DNA of 64,000 bases from Macrostomum hystrix (lineage: Eukaryota > Animalia > Platyhelminthes). A model generated the notes under the pieces. That model searched no databases. It had not been told where the DNA came from and saw nothing but the letters and a program-made list of their open reading frames with translations. Below, piece after piece: positions 42,143 through 53,974 of this stretch. Both the position numbers and the translations under genes were made by a program. Within the stretch, counting starts at the first letter, position 1. Each line of letters begins with the position of its first letter. Location of the stretch: assembly GCA_950097015.1 (NCBI GenBank), contig CATNEN010000038.1, positions 12,276,001-12,340,000 on the forward strand, read 5' to 3'.

Positions 42143-43747
42143 ATAATTTGTTTTAATTTGCAATGAAAATTATTTAGCAATTTTAACAGATTGTAAGAAA
42201 TGAAACTCAATTTTCAAATGTAGAATATTGACAACTTATAACGATTTTATTATATCAAATGGTCACAATTATAAAAATTAGAACATTTTTTAAATTAAAA
42301 CAATCGAAAAAAGTTCAAACAAGTTGTTCTAATTAAAACATATATAATGAATTCTAACCTTTTTTATATAATGGTTTTAGTATGATTCAAATGTAAATCA
42401 AAAGATGATTTTTTTAAACATGAGGCAGTAAATAATTAGGACACTTTTTCATTTTGAATTCCCGCCACTTTTTCTCACGCGCTAGCTATTTGTCGTAACC
42501 TCACGCAGTGCTCTTTGTTCGTTTTATGCGCAATCAAGCGGGACATGCACCCACCCCAATTTTGGTATATATATACAGAGAAGAATATAATGCGATCTTG
42601 ACCCAGTTGACCCTGTTTGACCTGCTTTACGTTCTATACGTTCTTAACGTTTAGCTCTTCGTTCGATACAACCTATGCGAAATATAAGCGATTCCACTTC
42701 TACCTCTTTCCCTGTTTCACTATTAAATAAACCGAGTTCCTTAGTTATTTTCCTAGGAGTAAAACAGATTTACCTCCCCAATCCTCTCCCATTGATCTCT
42801 CATCGGCCTTCTTCACCCAAATCCACCCTATTATATGACCCCTTTGAAACCCCAATATACCGCCCTAAAATATTATCTAAAAGTCCACCTGAAGTCTATC
42901 TGAAGTCCACCTAAGGTTCCCTAAATACCCACCTGAGGCCTAAAAACTCCGCCTTTATCCCCCTAATGAAACTGTACTAATTCCAGACCCCATAGAGGAA
43001 AGTAAGTGAGAGTGCGAAGGACGTTCACCAGGCAACTTCGATCCATCCTGATACGCCCCACGGACTGCGTGCCCCAGATCAGTGACCTAAGGCCTCGTGC
43101 CAGCAACAGTCGATTCTCCTCCCATTGTTAGTAGCTAGTGTCTTGCCGCTCGGGCATTAGCGCTACCTTAGGTATAACCCGAAAAGCGTGGAAAATACCT
43201 ATTCTCACCCTCATAACTTACGCTACCATCCCCCCTAATACTCAGCTCACCAATCCCAAATCCAACAAACAGAGAGAGCTGAGAGGTCTGCTACAAACAA
43301 AATAGTGAAATCAATTCATTAAATTTCATTTTAACTCATTTTAATTTCCTTTCTAAAAAATTATGCCGTGGAAATCGTCTTTTTAATTACGGATTATTTT
43401 CAAGAAACTTCTATCGTTTCTTACAATGCGTGAGCTCATGTCTTTGTTCTAAATTTATAATCTAGCAAAAATACAAGTGTATTTTAAGACAGCAAAAGCC
43501 ATTAAAATTTTTAGACAATGAATTAATTTGTTACACTTAAGGGCTCCGACAGTTAATTTTGATTAATAAAAGCCGTTTTTTAGTTTCAACCGCACTCCAG
43601 TGACGCGAAACACGCGAAAATATACCTTAGGGTATTGGTAAGCTAAATACTACTTGTAGTAGTGATTGCTGTATTAAAGCTCCAAAAATTATCTGCCATT
43701 TGCAAATGCGAACCAAAAAAAAATACTGAATAAATACTCGTCTGGAC

Positions 43748-44275
43748 ACTCTCTCCCTCTACTACGAGTACTATCCACTCTCTCCCTCTACTACGAGTAC
43801 TATCCACTCTCTCCCTCTACTACGAGTACTATCCACTCTCTCCCTCTACTACGAGTACTATCCACTCTCTCCCTCTACTACGAGTACTATCCACTCTCTC
43901 CCTCTACTACGAGTACTATCCACTCTCTCCCTCTACTACGAGTACTATCCACTCTCTCCCTCTACTACGAGTACTATCCACTCTCTCCCTCTACTACGAG
44001 TACTATCCACTCTCTCCCTCTACTACGAGTACTATCCACTCTCTCCCTCTACTACGAGTACTATCCACTCTCTCCCTGCACGACCATCCGCTCTGTCCCT
44101 CTACTACTATCCGCTCTCTTCCACTACTACTATCCGCTCTCTTCCTCTACTACTATTGGCTCTCTTCCTCTACTAGTATCCGCTCTCTTCCACTACTAGT
44201 ATCCGCTCTCTTCCACTACTAGTATTCACTCTACAACCATACTACTATCACTCCACTACTATCCGCTCTCTCCCT
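43748..44275. repeat. 29-bp minisatellite (ACTCTCTCCCTCTACTACGAGTACTATCC) decaying to shorter units
   Basis: About 11 perfect copies, then degenerate copies. Confidence 0.92.
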
Positions 44276-44679
44276 TTTTTACTGCCAGTGACCGTTTCTA
44301 ATTATTTTCCTGCTTGCACTCAAGATCAGACTTCACGCACTGGAGCATTTTAGCAATTTACATAGCGTATTATTTGCTTTTCCGTTTGTGCTCAAGAATA
44401 TTTGTAGAGTCAGCAAACTCGTACTACATACAACTGCGGCTTGCTGAGCTCTCGCAAGCTCTTGTCTTTCGTGTTGCTAGCCAGCACCAATGCCAAGTAT
44501 TCGAAAAACCGATAGCTGCTACTTCACAGGCACAGTGCGGAAATAAATTCAGTCGAAGGCAAATCAAAGTGTTTCCTTATTTATTAAAACTACATAAAAT
44601 TTTATTAATGGAATGTATTTTTTTCTGTTTTCTGGTACTCTCTACTTAGATCACATTTCTTTGGGGTAAAATTTTGGGA

Positions 44680-45403
44680 GCGAGAGGGAGGAGAAAAGAA
44701 GGGAAAGGGGAAAGAGAGAGCGGAGAAAATACGAAGGATAAGGAACGGATGGGAACGGGGAGGAGAGGGGAGGGAGGAGAAGGGAGGGAGGTGAAGGGAG
44801 GGAGGAGAAGGCAGGGAGGTGAAGGGATGGAGGTGAAGGGAGGGAGGTGAAGGGAGGGAGGTGAAAGTAGGGAGGTGAAGGGAGGGAGAAGGCAGGGAGG
44901 TGAAGGGAGGGAGGTGAAGGGAGGGAGGTGAAAGTAGGGAGGTGAAGGGATGGAGGCGAAGGGAGGGAGGTGAAGGGAGGGAGGTGAAAGGAGGGAGGTG
45001 AAGGGAGGGAGGTGAAGGGAGGGAGGTGAAAGGAGGGAGGAGAAGGGAGGGAGGTGAAGGGAGGGAGAAGGCAGGGAGGTGAAGGGAGGGAGGTGAAGGG
45101 AGGGAGGTGAAAGTAGGGAGGTGAAGGGATGGAGGCGAAGGGAGGGAGGTGAAGGGAGGGAGGTGAAGGGATGGAGGCGAAGGGAGGGAGGTGAAGGGAG
45201 GGAGGTGAAAGGAGGGAGGTGAAGGGAGGGAGGTGAAGGGAGGGAGGTGAAAGGAGGGAGGAGAAGGGAGGGAGGTGAAGGGAGGGAGGTGAAGGGAGGG
45301 AGGTGAAGGGAGGGAGGTGAAAGGAGGGAGGAGAAGGGAGGGAGGTGAAGGGAGGGAGGAGAAGGGAGGGAGGTGAAGGGAGGGAGGTGAAGGGAGGGAG
45401 GAG
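44680..45403. repeat. Polypurine G-rich repeat (GAAGGGAGGGAGGT)n
   Basis: About 700 bp of almost pure purine on the plus strand. Confidence 0.95.
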
Positions 45404-45930
45404 ATTGTATTCTTCAAACATGCAGGGAGCTTTCTTCCCGGCTCAAATTGAATTTCGTTTGTTACTTTACAAACAATTTATGCGAGTCATCTGTTATAAA
45501 CACGATTCTGGATGCTAATACAGTCTCAGTGCACTCTAAAGCGGGGCTGAAATTCCGCCCCGAAGGAAACGCGACTGAGCTTTTTCTGCCACCCAAATTG
45601 TCTATGCAGTGGCAGATTTGACTGACATGCTATACTGGGAGCCTCTAGCTGGCCAAATTTGATTCGCCCTTGAGGCTCTACTCTTGCTTCACTGTACTAT
45701 GAGTCAGAGGGCGAGGAGAACCAATGAGAAGGTGCTGCACATGCAGTTTATTTGAAGCTGTTACTTAGTAGTGGGTGCATGCGACCTCTCTACACGCTGT
45801 TACGCTGAGATTGCTCTAAGTTGAAAAGCATTGAGCCCAAAGAACCGAAAGGAAATTTTTTTCTATATTATGGTACGTGCTTTAATGTTCTTTAAGCTTA
45901 TATATTGGCCGAACACTCAGCTGGAGTTTC

Positions 45931-47335
45931 ATCAGGAATCGTAGCTAGAATCGAATCAGGGATTGTAGCTACGAGCTGGAATATTGTCAGGAATCGTAGC
46001 TAGAATCGAATCAGGGATTGTAGCTACGAGCTAGAATATTGTCAGGAATCGTAGCTAGAATCGAATCAGGGATTGTAGCTACGAGCTAGAATATTGTCAG
46101 GAATCGTAGCTAGAATCGAATCAGGGATTGTAGCTACGAGCTAGAATATTGTCAGGAATCGTAGCTAGAATCGAATCAGGGATTGTAGCTACGAGCTAGA
46201 ATATTGTCAGGAATCGTAGCTAGAATCGAATCAGGGATTGTAGCTACGAGCTAGAATATTGTCAGGAATCGTAGCTAGAATCGAATCAGGGATTGTAGCT
46301 ACGAGCTAGAATATTGTCAGGAATCGTAGCTAGAATCGAATCAGGGATTGTAGCTACGAGCTAGAATATTGTCAGGAATCGTAGCTAGAATCGAATCAGG
46401 GATTGTAGCTACGAGCTAGAATATTGTCAGGAATCGTAGCTAGAATCGAATCAGGGATTGTAGCTACGAGCTAGAATATTGTCAGGAATCGTAGCTAGAA
46501 TCGAATCAGGGATTGTAGCTACGAGCTAGAATATTGTCAGGAATCGTAGCTAGAATCGAATCAGGGATTGTAGCTACGAGCTAGAATATTGTCAGGAATC
46601 GTAGCTAGAATCGAATCAGGGATTGTAGCTACGAGCTAGAATATTGTCAGGAATCGTAGCTAGAATCGAATCAGGGATTGTAGCTACGAGCTGGAATATT
46701 GTCAGGAATCGTAGCTAGAATCGAATCAGGGATTGTAGCTACGAGCTAGAATATTGTCAGGAATCGTAGCTAGAATCGAATCAGGAATCGTAGCTAGAAT
46801 CGTATCAGTAATCGTAGCTAGAATCGTATCAGTAATCGTAGCTAGAATCGTATCAGTAATCGTAGCTAGAATCGAATCAGGAATCGTAGCTAGAATCATA
46901 TCAGTAATCGTAGCTAGAATCGAATCAGGAATCGTAGCTAGAATCGAATCAGGAATCGTAGCTAGAATCAAATCAGGAATCGTAGCTAGAATCGTATCAG
47001 TAATCGTAGCTAGAATCGAATCAGGAATCGTAGCTAGAATCGAATCAGGAATCGTAGCTAGAATCGTATCAGTAATCGTAGCTAGAATCGAATCAGGAAT
47101 CGTAGCTAGAATCATATCAGTAATCGTAGCTAGAATCATATCAGTAATCGTAGCTAGAATCGAATCAGGAATCGTAGCTAGAATCATTTCAAGAATCGTA
47201 TCAGAAATCGTAGCTAGAATCGTATCAGGAATCGTAGCTAGAATCATATCAGGAATCGTATGAGAAATCGTTGCTAGAATCGTATCAGGAATCGTAGCTA
47301 GAATCTTGTCAGAGATTTTACAGTAGCTAGAATCG
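45931..47335. repeat. 55-bp minisatellite switching to its 24-bp subunit (TCAGGAATCGTAGCTAGAATCGAA)
   Basis: 55-bp period to about 46780, then a 24-bp period with increasing divergence. Confidence 0.95.
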
Positions 47336-47629
47336 CATGAGGAATGGTAGCAAGAATTGTACCAGGGATAATTTGTAGAATCTTGGAATAAATGTCAATT
47401 TGAATTGTAGGGGGGAGTGGCAGAGTTGTCAACACGTTTGTCTCTTGTCTAAGGTCCCTAATCTACGGCGAGGCCACATTCATGAGAGGCGCAGCCTCGC
47501 AAAGTCTTAAAGACTTTGGGGATGCACCACTGTGTTGAGTGTTAGACTGCGAATTAAATTCTGAAATGTACCTATATTCCTGTCATTTTGCCATGCTTTC
47601 AGATATAGGCTTAAAGTTCAAAAGCGCAG

Positions 47630-48523
47630 ATGAACAAGAGAAGCTTGTTCCTATTTGCCGCGACGTTGTCAACGGTGTTCTTTCTAATCTGGCTGTCACA
47701 ATTATCCGATCGCGTAGCACCTGGCAGACTTCCTTCCGTTCTAAGGCCGAATCAGTCTGGCCGTGCTGTCGCGAATGTCGCCGCATCGCCAGCAGCTGGT
47801 CGGCTGCAGAACATCAGTCGCATTGTACACCAGAGCTGGAAGACTCGACAGCTGCCAGCCAGGGCCAAGCGTTGGAGTGCGAGCTGGCCCTCCTGCTTCC
47901 CAAACTGGGAGTGGCGCCTCTGGACCGACGAAGACAACCTGGCTCTGGTGCGCGACCACTATGCCTGGTTTCTGCCGGTGTACAACGGTTACAGGTACAA
48001 CATTGAACGCGCCGATTTGGCAAGGTATTTCTACATGTATCACTTTGGCGGCATCTACACGGACTTGGACACCGTCTGCATGAAGAACTTTGAGCACCTG
48101 TTGAAATCCGAGACTCTGCTGTTTGGCGGCATGGACACGCGCCCAGGCGAAGCTTTGCAAGGCCAAATAGTGCAGAACTCGTTCATGGCCTCTCTAAGGC
48201 CCGGGCACCCGTTCTGGATGCGTCTATTGAAGAGAATAGAGCAGAACTTCAAGGCTGGCAAGCGAGGTCGACCCGAGGACAACACCGGGCCTGGTGTGCT
48301 CATGCAGGAGCTCAGGGTTTACATGCTGAGTAACGCAACCGATTTCAAAATCTACCCGGGAAAATTCTTCAATCCTTTTAGCTGGACCCTGGGTAATAGT
48401 CCGGCCTGCAAGGACTTTGGCCAGATGTCCGACTCGCAGGAGAAAATCTGTCTGGCCTCGTTTCCGGATGCGTTGGTTGTGCAGCTGCACACACAGAGCT
48501 GGGGTCGGGGCCGTATGAGATAA
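47630..48523 (+). CDS. Glycosyltransferase family 32 (DXD; SUR1/OCH1-like), type II membrane protein, intronless, 297 aa
   Basis: N-terminal anchor; SRIVHQSWK, WRLWTDED, RADLARYFYMYHFGGIYTDLD, NSFMAS..PGHPFW, TGPG, H..SW. Confidence 0.92.
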   Translation: MNKRSLFLFAATLSTVFFLIWLSQLSDRVAPGRLPSVLRPNQSGRAVANVAASPAAGRLQNISRIVHQSWKTRQLPARAKRWSASWPSCFPNWEWRLWTDEDNLALVRDHYAWFLPVYNGYRYNIERADLARYFYMYHFGGIYTDLDTVCMKNFEHLLKSETLLFGGMDTRPGEALQGQIVQNSFMASLRPGHPFWMRLLKRIEQNFKAGKRGRPEDNTGPGVLMQELRVYMLSNATDFKIYPGKFFNPFSWTLGNSPACKDFGQMSDSQEKICLASFPDALVVQLHTQSWGRGRMR

Positions 48524-49309
48524 TGCTCAGCCTCAGAGATTAATAGGCAATGCCAGCTGCATGAGTAGTTAAGGCCACAGAATATTGAAGATATCGACGG
48601 ATCACTTAATATATGATTTTGTTCCGATTTTTTTCGCGTGCTTTGCGCCATAGATATAAATGATTTAAGAAACCATGCTTCGATTTAGGATTGCTTGAAA
48701 CACAAAATATAGCGACAGCGGTCGTCGTTTTCTCTATGGCCGTAACAAAAAAATAGAAGTAGCGAATGACCGCCATTTGACCATATTCCTAGATAATAGT
48801 TTGTCTATTTATGTCTATGGTTCTAACCCTGTATAGCCAAAGCAAAGCAAAGCAAAGCATACAATTCAATGTACAATTTAAACAGCTGTCAATTTTGTTA
48901 AATCTGTTTCGAATTTTCTTTCCTTTTTACTACAAAATATTTTTAGATTTTTCAGCTTTTTTATGCATTGTGGACTGTGAACTGAACATTTTTTGAAGTT
49001 TTCATTTGTACCTCAGCGTGAATAACTATCAGTTCTGTACACTATGTTTCAATATTTTTATCTCTGTACGTGCCAATACAAATTGTCCAATAAATGTGGA
49101 AAAGGCTATAGTACGCGCGTTGCTTTGATCATGTAATTTTTTTCTAACTTTTTTTGCTTTCTTTTGTGTAAGTTTCAAAGTTTTTATCTGCTCGCTATAT
49201 TTAGCAGTCTCAGGAAAGCTTTGAGGTTACTAAAAATATAACTTTCGAAGATGTTTATGACCTTGACTTGTTTCTAGCTAACGTGCATTATTCGTTGTAA
49301 ACGTCGTGA

Positions 49310-49685
49310 ATGGGATATTGTGTATAGAAAATTGGGGATAGGACATGGGATATCCGGAATTGGATAATAGGGATGGTAAATCGGGGATGGAATATCGGGG
49401 ATGGGATATCGGGGATGGGATATCGGGGATGGGATATCGGGGATGGGATATCCGAGATGGGATATCCGGGAAGGGATAACGGGGATGGCATGGGATATCG
49501 GGGATGGGATATTCGAGATGGGACATCCGTGATAGAATATCCGGGATAAGATATCCGGGATGGTATATCCGGGAAGGGATATCGGGGATGGGATATCGGG
49601 GATGGGATATCGGGGATGGGAAATCGGGAATAGGATATCGGGGACAGGAAATTGGGTATGGACATCGGGGATGGTGTATCGGGGT
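49310..49685. repeat. 14-bp minisatellite (GGGATATCGGGGAT)
   Basis: Tandem degenerate copies. Confidence 0.9.
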
Positions 49686-52600
49686 TATTTTAGACCGGAT
49701 ATTGAAGATGAGAATCCTGTACTGCTTAGCGAGTGCATTATCACCACCAATACGTGCATCATGGGAAAAGCAAAGGAAAACAGAAGGAATGCTTTCTATC
49801 CCAACCAAAGTAGAATACCCAATACAGAGGCTCAACCGCGCCGAGAGGAAACAGGAGGCAATGTGTGGACGGAGGCGGGAGAAAAACTGTTGGACCCGGA
49901 GGCCTCAGCTAGAGACTGCCCAGAGCGGAGAGAAATTTTCTGTCGCACTTGGCAAGCCTGAGCAGAATGATTGAAGCCGAGCTGACTGGTTAAAAGTACA
50001 TTGCAGCTGTGCTCAGCCTATGGGTTGGACGAGGAACAGGGAACAGGCGCAGTTCCTCAATGTGGAAATTCATTGTAAGTGGGAGTGAGATTGAGAGCAA
50101 GAGTTTTATGTCGTGCTCAATTCTGAAAGCGACTATACATGTAATATACACATTGGACAACATTTAATGTCATATATATATTAGCTGTACTATTGTATAA
50201 AGTTTACTTGATTTAGCAAAATGTAATTAAAAATCTGTATCTTGAATTGCATTATCATCAGATGCACAATGATTCTTACAAAAAGTTAGCTTGCGGAAGT
50301 TGTTGCAATATAAGCAATGTGTTGTTGCAATATATTATTCCTAGGCAGGAATAACTACTCAAATGACCTCATCCACTCATTATGATAGCTGCAACATCCA
50401 CTCATTTTTCCTATTTTATTATTCGCATCAGCACTATATATTTGTCACTATATCATGCTGAAATACCAAGCAACAATCTATGTCACCAATTCACAGGTAA
50501 CTTTTGATGAATAGCTTTAACTTAATTGTGTGAAGTTAGCTTGACACAATTAATTCTTAAAGCACTCTAAACAGGCACAACTGCAGCTAAATAGTGGTCG
50601 AAGGAAAATCCCCAGCATTACAAGAAGTAGCCCCTACGAAAACCACTTGTGTGGTGTGGTTATTGAAGCGGCGGCATCATTGGTCCTTTCTTCTTTAACG
50701 AGACCGTCACTGGCCACTGGCCAGTCTAACCAATTAAATGCTTAAATATTCTCAAAGCCCCGATTTCACCATACCTGAAGTGATCTGACACGCCGAGTCT
50801 ATGTACACCGGATTATAATACTTAGAAATCTGAAGGGAATTCAAGAGAGCTCTAGGAGGAAACTAGACTAAAAGTAGCAACAGCAGAGAGGGCAAGCAAC
50901 TGAAAGAAAAAAGATTAGACTATAAGATTCGCCCCGAGATCACTTAATCATTTCAGCGCAAACCCGGTCCGGCATGACAGCAGCGGTGCTGACGTGGAGC
51001 TGCTTGGAACCGGACCCGCAGCGGTGCCGACGTGGAGCTGCCTGAAACCACCTGCAGCGGCGCTCACGTGGAGCTGCCGGAATCAACCCGGCCTGTCCCG
51101 ACCCGCAGCTGCCTGCATCGACCCAGCCCAGCCTGAAACTGGAGCCGCCCGGACCCGATCGGGAACGAGATCTGGAGGAGGCCGGGACCGCACAAGAAGA
51201 CTGGATCGATGAAGGGGAAGGGGATAATGAACAGTAGGAAAGAGGTCTCGGTAGAAGCGGGAACGAGTCCTAACTCACTAAGGCGTTTCAGGACTTTTAC
51301 CCACCCTACATAGAAAAGGGGTTGGTTTGCCGGCCAACCAACTAGTCTAATAATAACGACTGTACTAGATTAGAGGCTGCGACCTCAACCAGCATTAAAT
51401 CCTCTTGCGAATGTTGCTACGGTTGCCTTCCCCTCGGATCGAGGGGTTTCAAAGACTTATATAAGTTGGAGCGGAGCGCGGAAAATGGTCCTCCGCGAGA
51501 GCGTTAGAGAGTTAGCTTTGAGCTCCGTTAAGTTGACTAATTAGAAAACGAACTGTGTTTGAGTTCTTTCTTGATTTGATTTTGAGGTAAGAGGCCGGAA
51601 GAGACCGCACCAGTCAGCCAAGATACTGAAACTCGATAGTCGTTAGGAGTTATAGCCTTCAAGACATTATAGACTGCAACCAACCGCTAGACTACATATA
51701 GGAAATACCAAAACAGAGACCGAAACTTGAAGCGCTATACGGATGGTCTGCATTCTGGAGCTGGTACATCAGATTGTCCCTACTACACCAAATTGTGCTT
51801 CAGGCAGCTGTTACAAGCCTGCCATGCAGAGCAAATGGTGCTCACTTTGAGAGCCAAATTTAGCCCATCTGGTTATAAAAAATTTATAAAACTTTGAGGC
51901 AGAAAAATCCATATTTAATGTTGTTTAAGACTGTTTAGTTCAGTTTGCGAGTCTTTTTGCATGCGATAGTTATTAAAGCTTCAAGCTTAAGTTCTTCAGT
52001 TATTTATATGCGCCACCCGGTATATCAAGCTTCAATCTGTTCTGTGAAACGTTCTGCGGAGCGCGTAATAAAACCTGTTGAATCATGAGCATTTTTTAAT
52101 GAGGTTTAAACGAATCCAAATTAGTTAATTTACTTAAAATTAAATAAAAACTAATTCCCACCCTGAAACAAGCACTGCTGCAGATAATCAAATTTTCAAA
52201 AAGGCTCATTTGCAGCTAAATCATTCTTAAAATAGGGATGGACGTGCGGCGAGCACCCTAGCTCCATTCCTGTCGGTTCCGAGTTTGCAGTATGGATGTA
52301 ATGCTCTGTTGTATAGTTTTTGTAATAATAAAAACTACAGGAGCATATCAGAGCTGACTGTCTAGATAGGCAATAAAGAAGAAGAAATTGTATCATCTGA
52401 AAGAAATAGGCGAAAATTCTTACAGGGCAGATAAAAAGACATTGTTCTTGCAAGATGTGCACTAAACATTATTCGCCTATTATATGGAAAATATATAAAC
52501 AGATTAAGGACTATTTTATCCATCTCAGTAAAAATATACCAATGATACAAAACGAATGTAAAAATGTATTTATGACTATTTTTAGAATAATAAAAACTCT

Positions 52601-52951
52601 TTAGTTAAAATTTAAATTGAGTATTTGAAAAAATCAAAAATAGATTTGGGCTAATGCAACTAGGCTTTAAAAGTTCTTTGTTATACTAAGACGTTAAGAA
52701 CTTAATTTGAATCCGAACTTTTTCATTTTTTTCTATATTTTTCAACAAGGCACTGATTTTAAAATTGTCGTACAGTGGTACAGGACGGTTATATTTTGGT
52801 GTATTTCCATCGACTTAGACTCTCGTACACAACATTGGTAGATAACAATAACAATTATTATTTTTATTATAGCTAAAAATAACTGCTCTACTTCTAGCAT
52901 ATTTTAGTGTAGCATAGGCCCCCCTAGCTAAATGGCTATTATTAGTTAAGA

Positions 52952-53380
52952 GGCAATAGTGCACTTTCGTTCGCGAAATTATTTTTCAGTTTAAATTTGA
53001 AAGTTCGAAACCAGAATATATGCTTATATACGCTTTAGTCTTAGTCTATGGTCGAAATCCTTAAGCGTGCGTGTGGGACGCTCTATTATTATTTTTTCAT
53101 TAAATCTGTGCCATGCCTTTTTGTGCCACGCTCGAATGCTACTTGAAACGCAAGTTGTCACTGGGCACTACAATGCCCAGTGACAAGCTCTGTGTCCGCC
53201 ACTAGAACACAATGACGAGTTTGCAAGTTCGGCAACCAAAGAGCTAAAAAGAGACGCTGTGCTCTGGCACAATCGTTAGAATTATTCAAAGCATCAATTT
53301 TTGTCGTTGTTGTTGTTTTCTGGTGTCAAAGTTTTAATTTAAACGAAAAATAATTTCGCGAACGAAAGTGCACTATTGCC
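52952..53380. mobile_element. MITE with ~35-bp perfect TIRs and 8-bp TSD (Merlin-like termini)
   Basis: TIRs GGCAATAGTGCACTTTCGTTCGCGAAATTATTTTT / AAAAATAATTTCGCGAACGAAAGTGCACTATTGCC. TSD AGTTAAGA at 52944-52951 and 53381-53388. Confidence 0.92.
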
Positions 53381-53942
53381 AGTTAAGATAATAGCCTTTT
53401 ATAGCTGGTCATGTGACAATGTATGTCGATGAGCAGTTGTTAATTTGTGAATATATTTACTTCTGAAATTTTTTAACTTCATAATCATGTATCTAAAAAC
53501 TCAAATTAAAAAAATTATCTTTTAATTTGCAGCATTTAATTTAATTACTAATTGACATTCTTTTGGATGGCAATCACAAAGTCAAGTCAAATGAGAATCA
53601 CCAAAACAAATCTTATAAACTAGGGCCTAAAAATGAAAATCTGTATGCTTATATGTTTGCAATTGACTATCTCCCAAATGGCTCAACCAATTTTCACAAT
53701 TCGTTCACCAAAAGATCACAAATGGTCCAGAATCGGTACATATATTTTTATTGAGCTTATTTCAATTGCAAAGGGGATTAAATATTCGAAAAAATGTTTT
53801 AAATAGGCTTTTCTAAGGCATTTTTGTTTTCAGCTTGTGCACGGTGAGGCTCTAGTACCAATTTTAATGATTCCATCAAAGCCAGTTTTGATACCGCACT
53901 GACATGAAAATACTAATATACTATAAATAAAATGTTTGCTTC

Positions 53943-53974
<32 letters not shown>

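Noticed and set aside
33019-49974. Long repetitive ORFs at 33.0-33.9, 36.3-37.0, 38.8-39.7, 40.5-41.8, 44.6-45.4, 46.7-47.3 and 49.3-50.0 kb
   Set aside because: They are translations of tandem repeats, open in several frames, with no domain or splice support.
50570-51700. Possible retroelement fragment with three ~37-bp GCAGCGG..ACGTGGAGCTGC repeats; similar unexplained blocks at 11740-12010 and 42600-43300
   Set aside because: Composition suggests TE origin, but no termini, TSD or protein motif could be supported.
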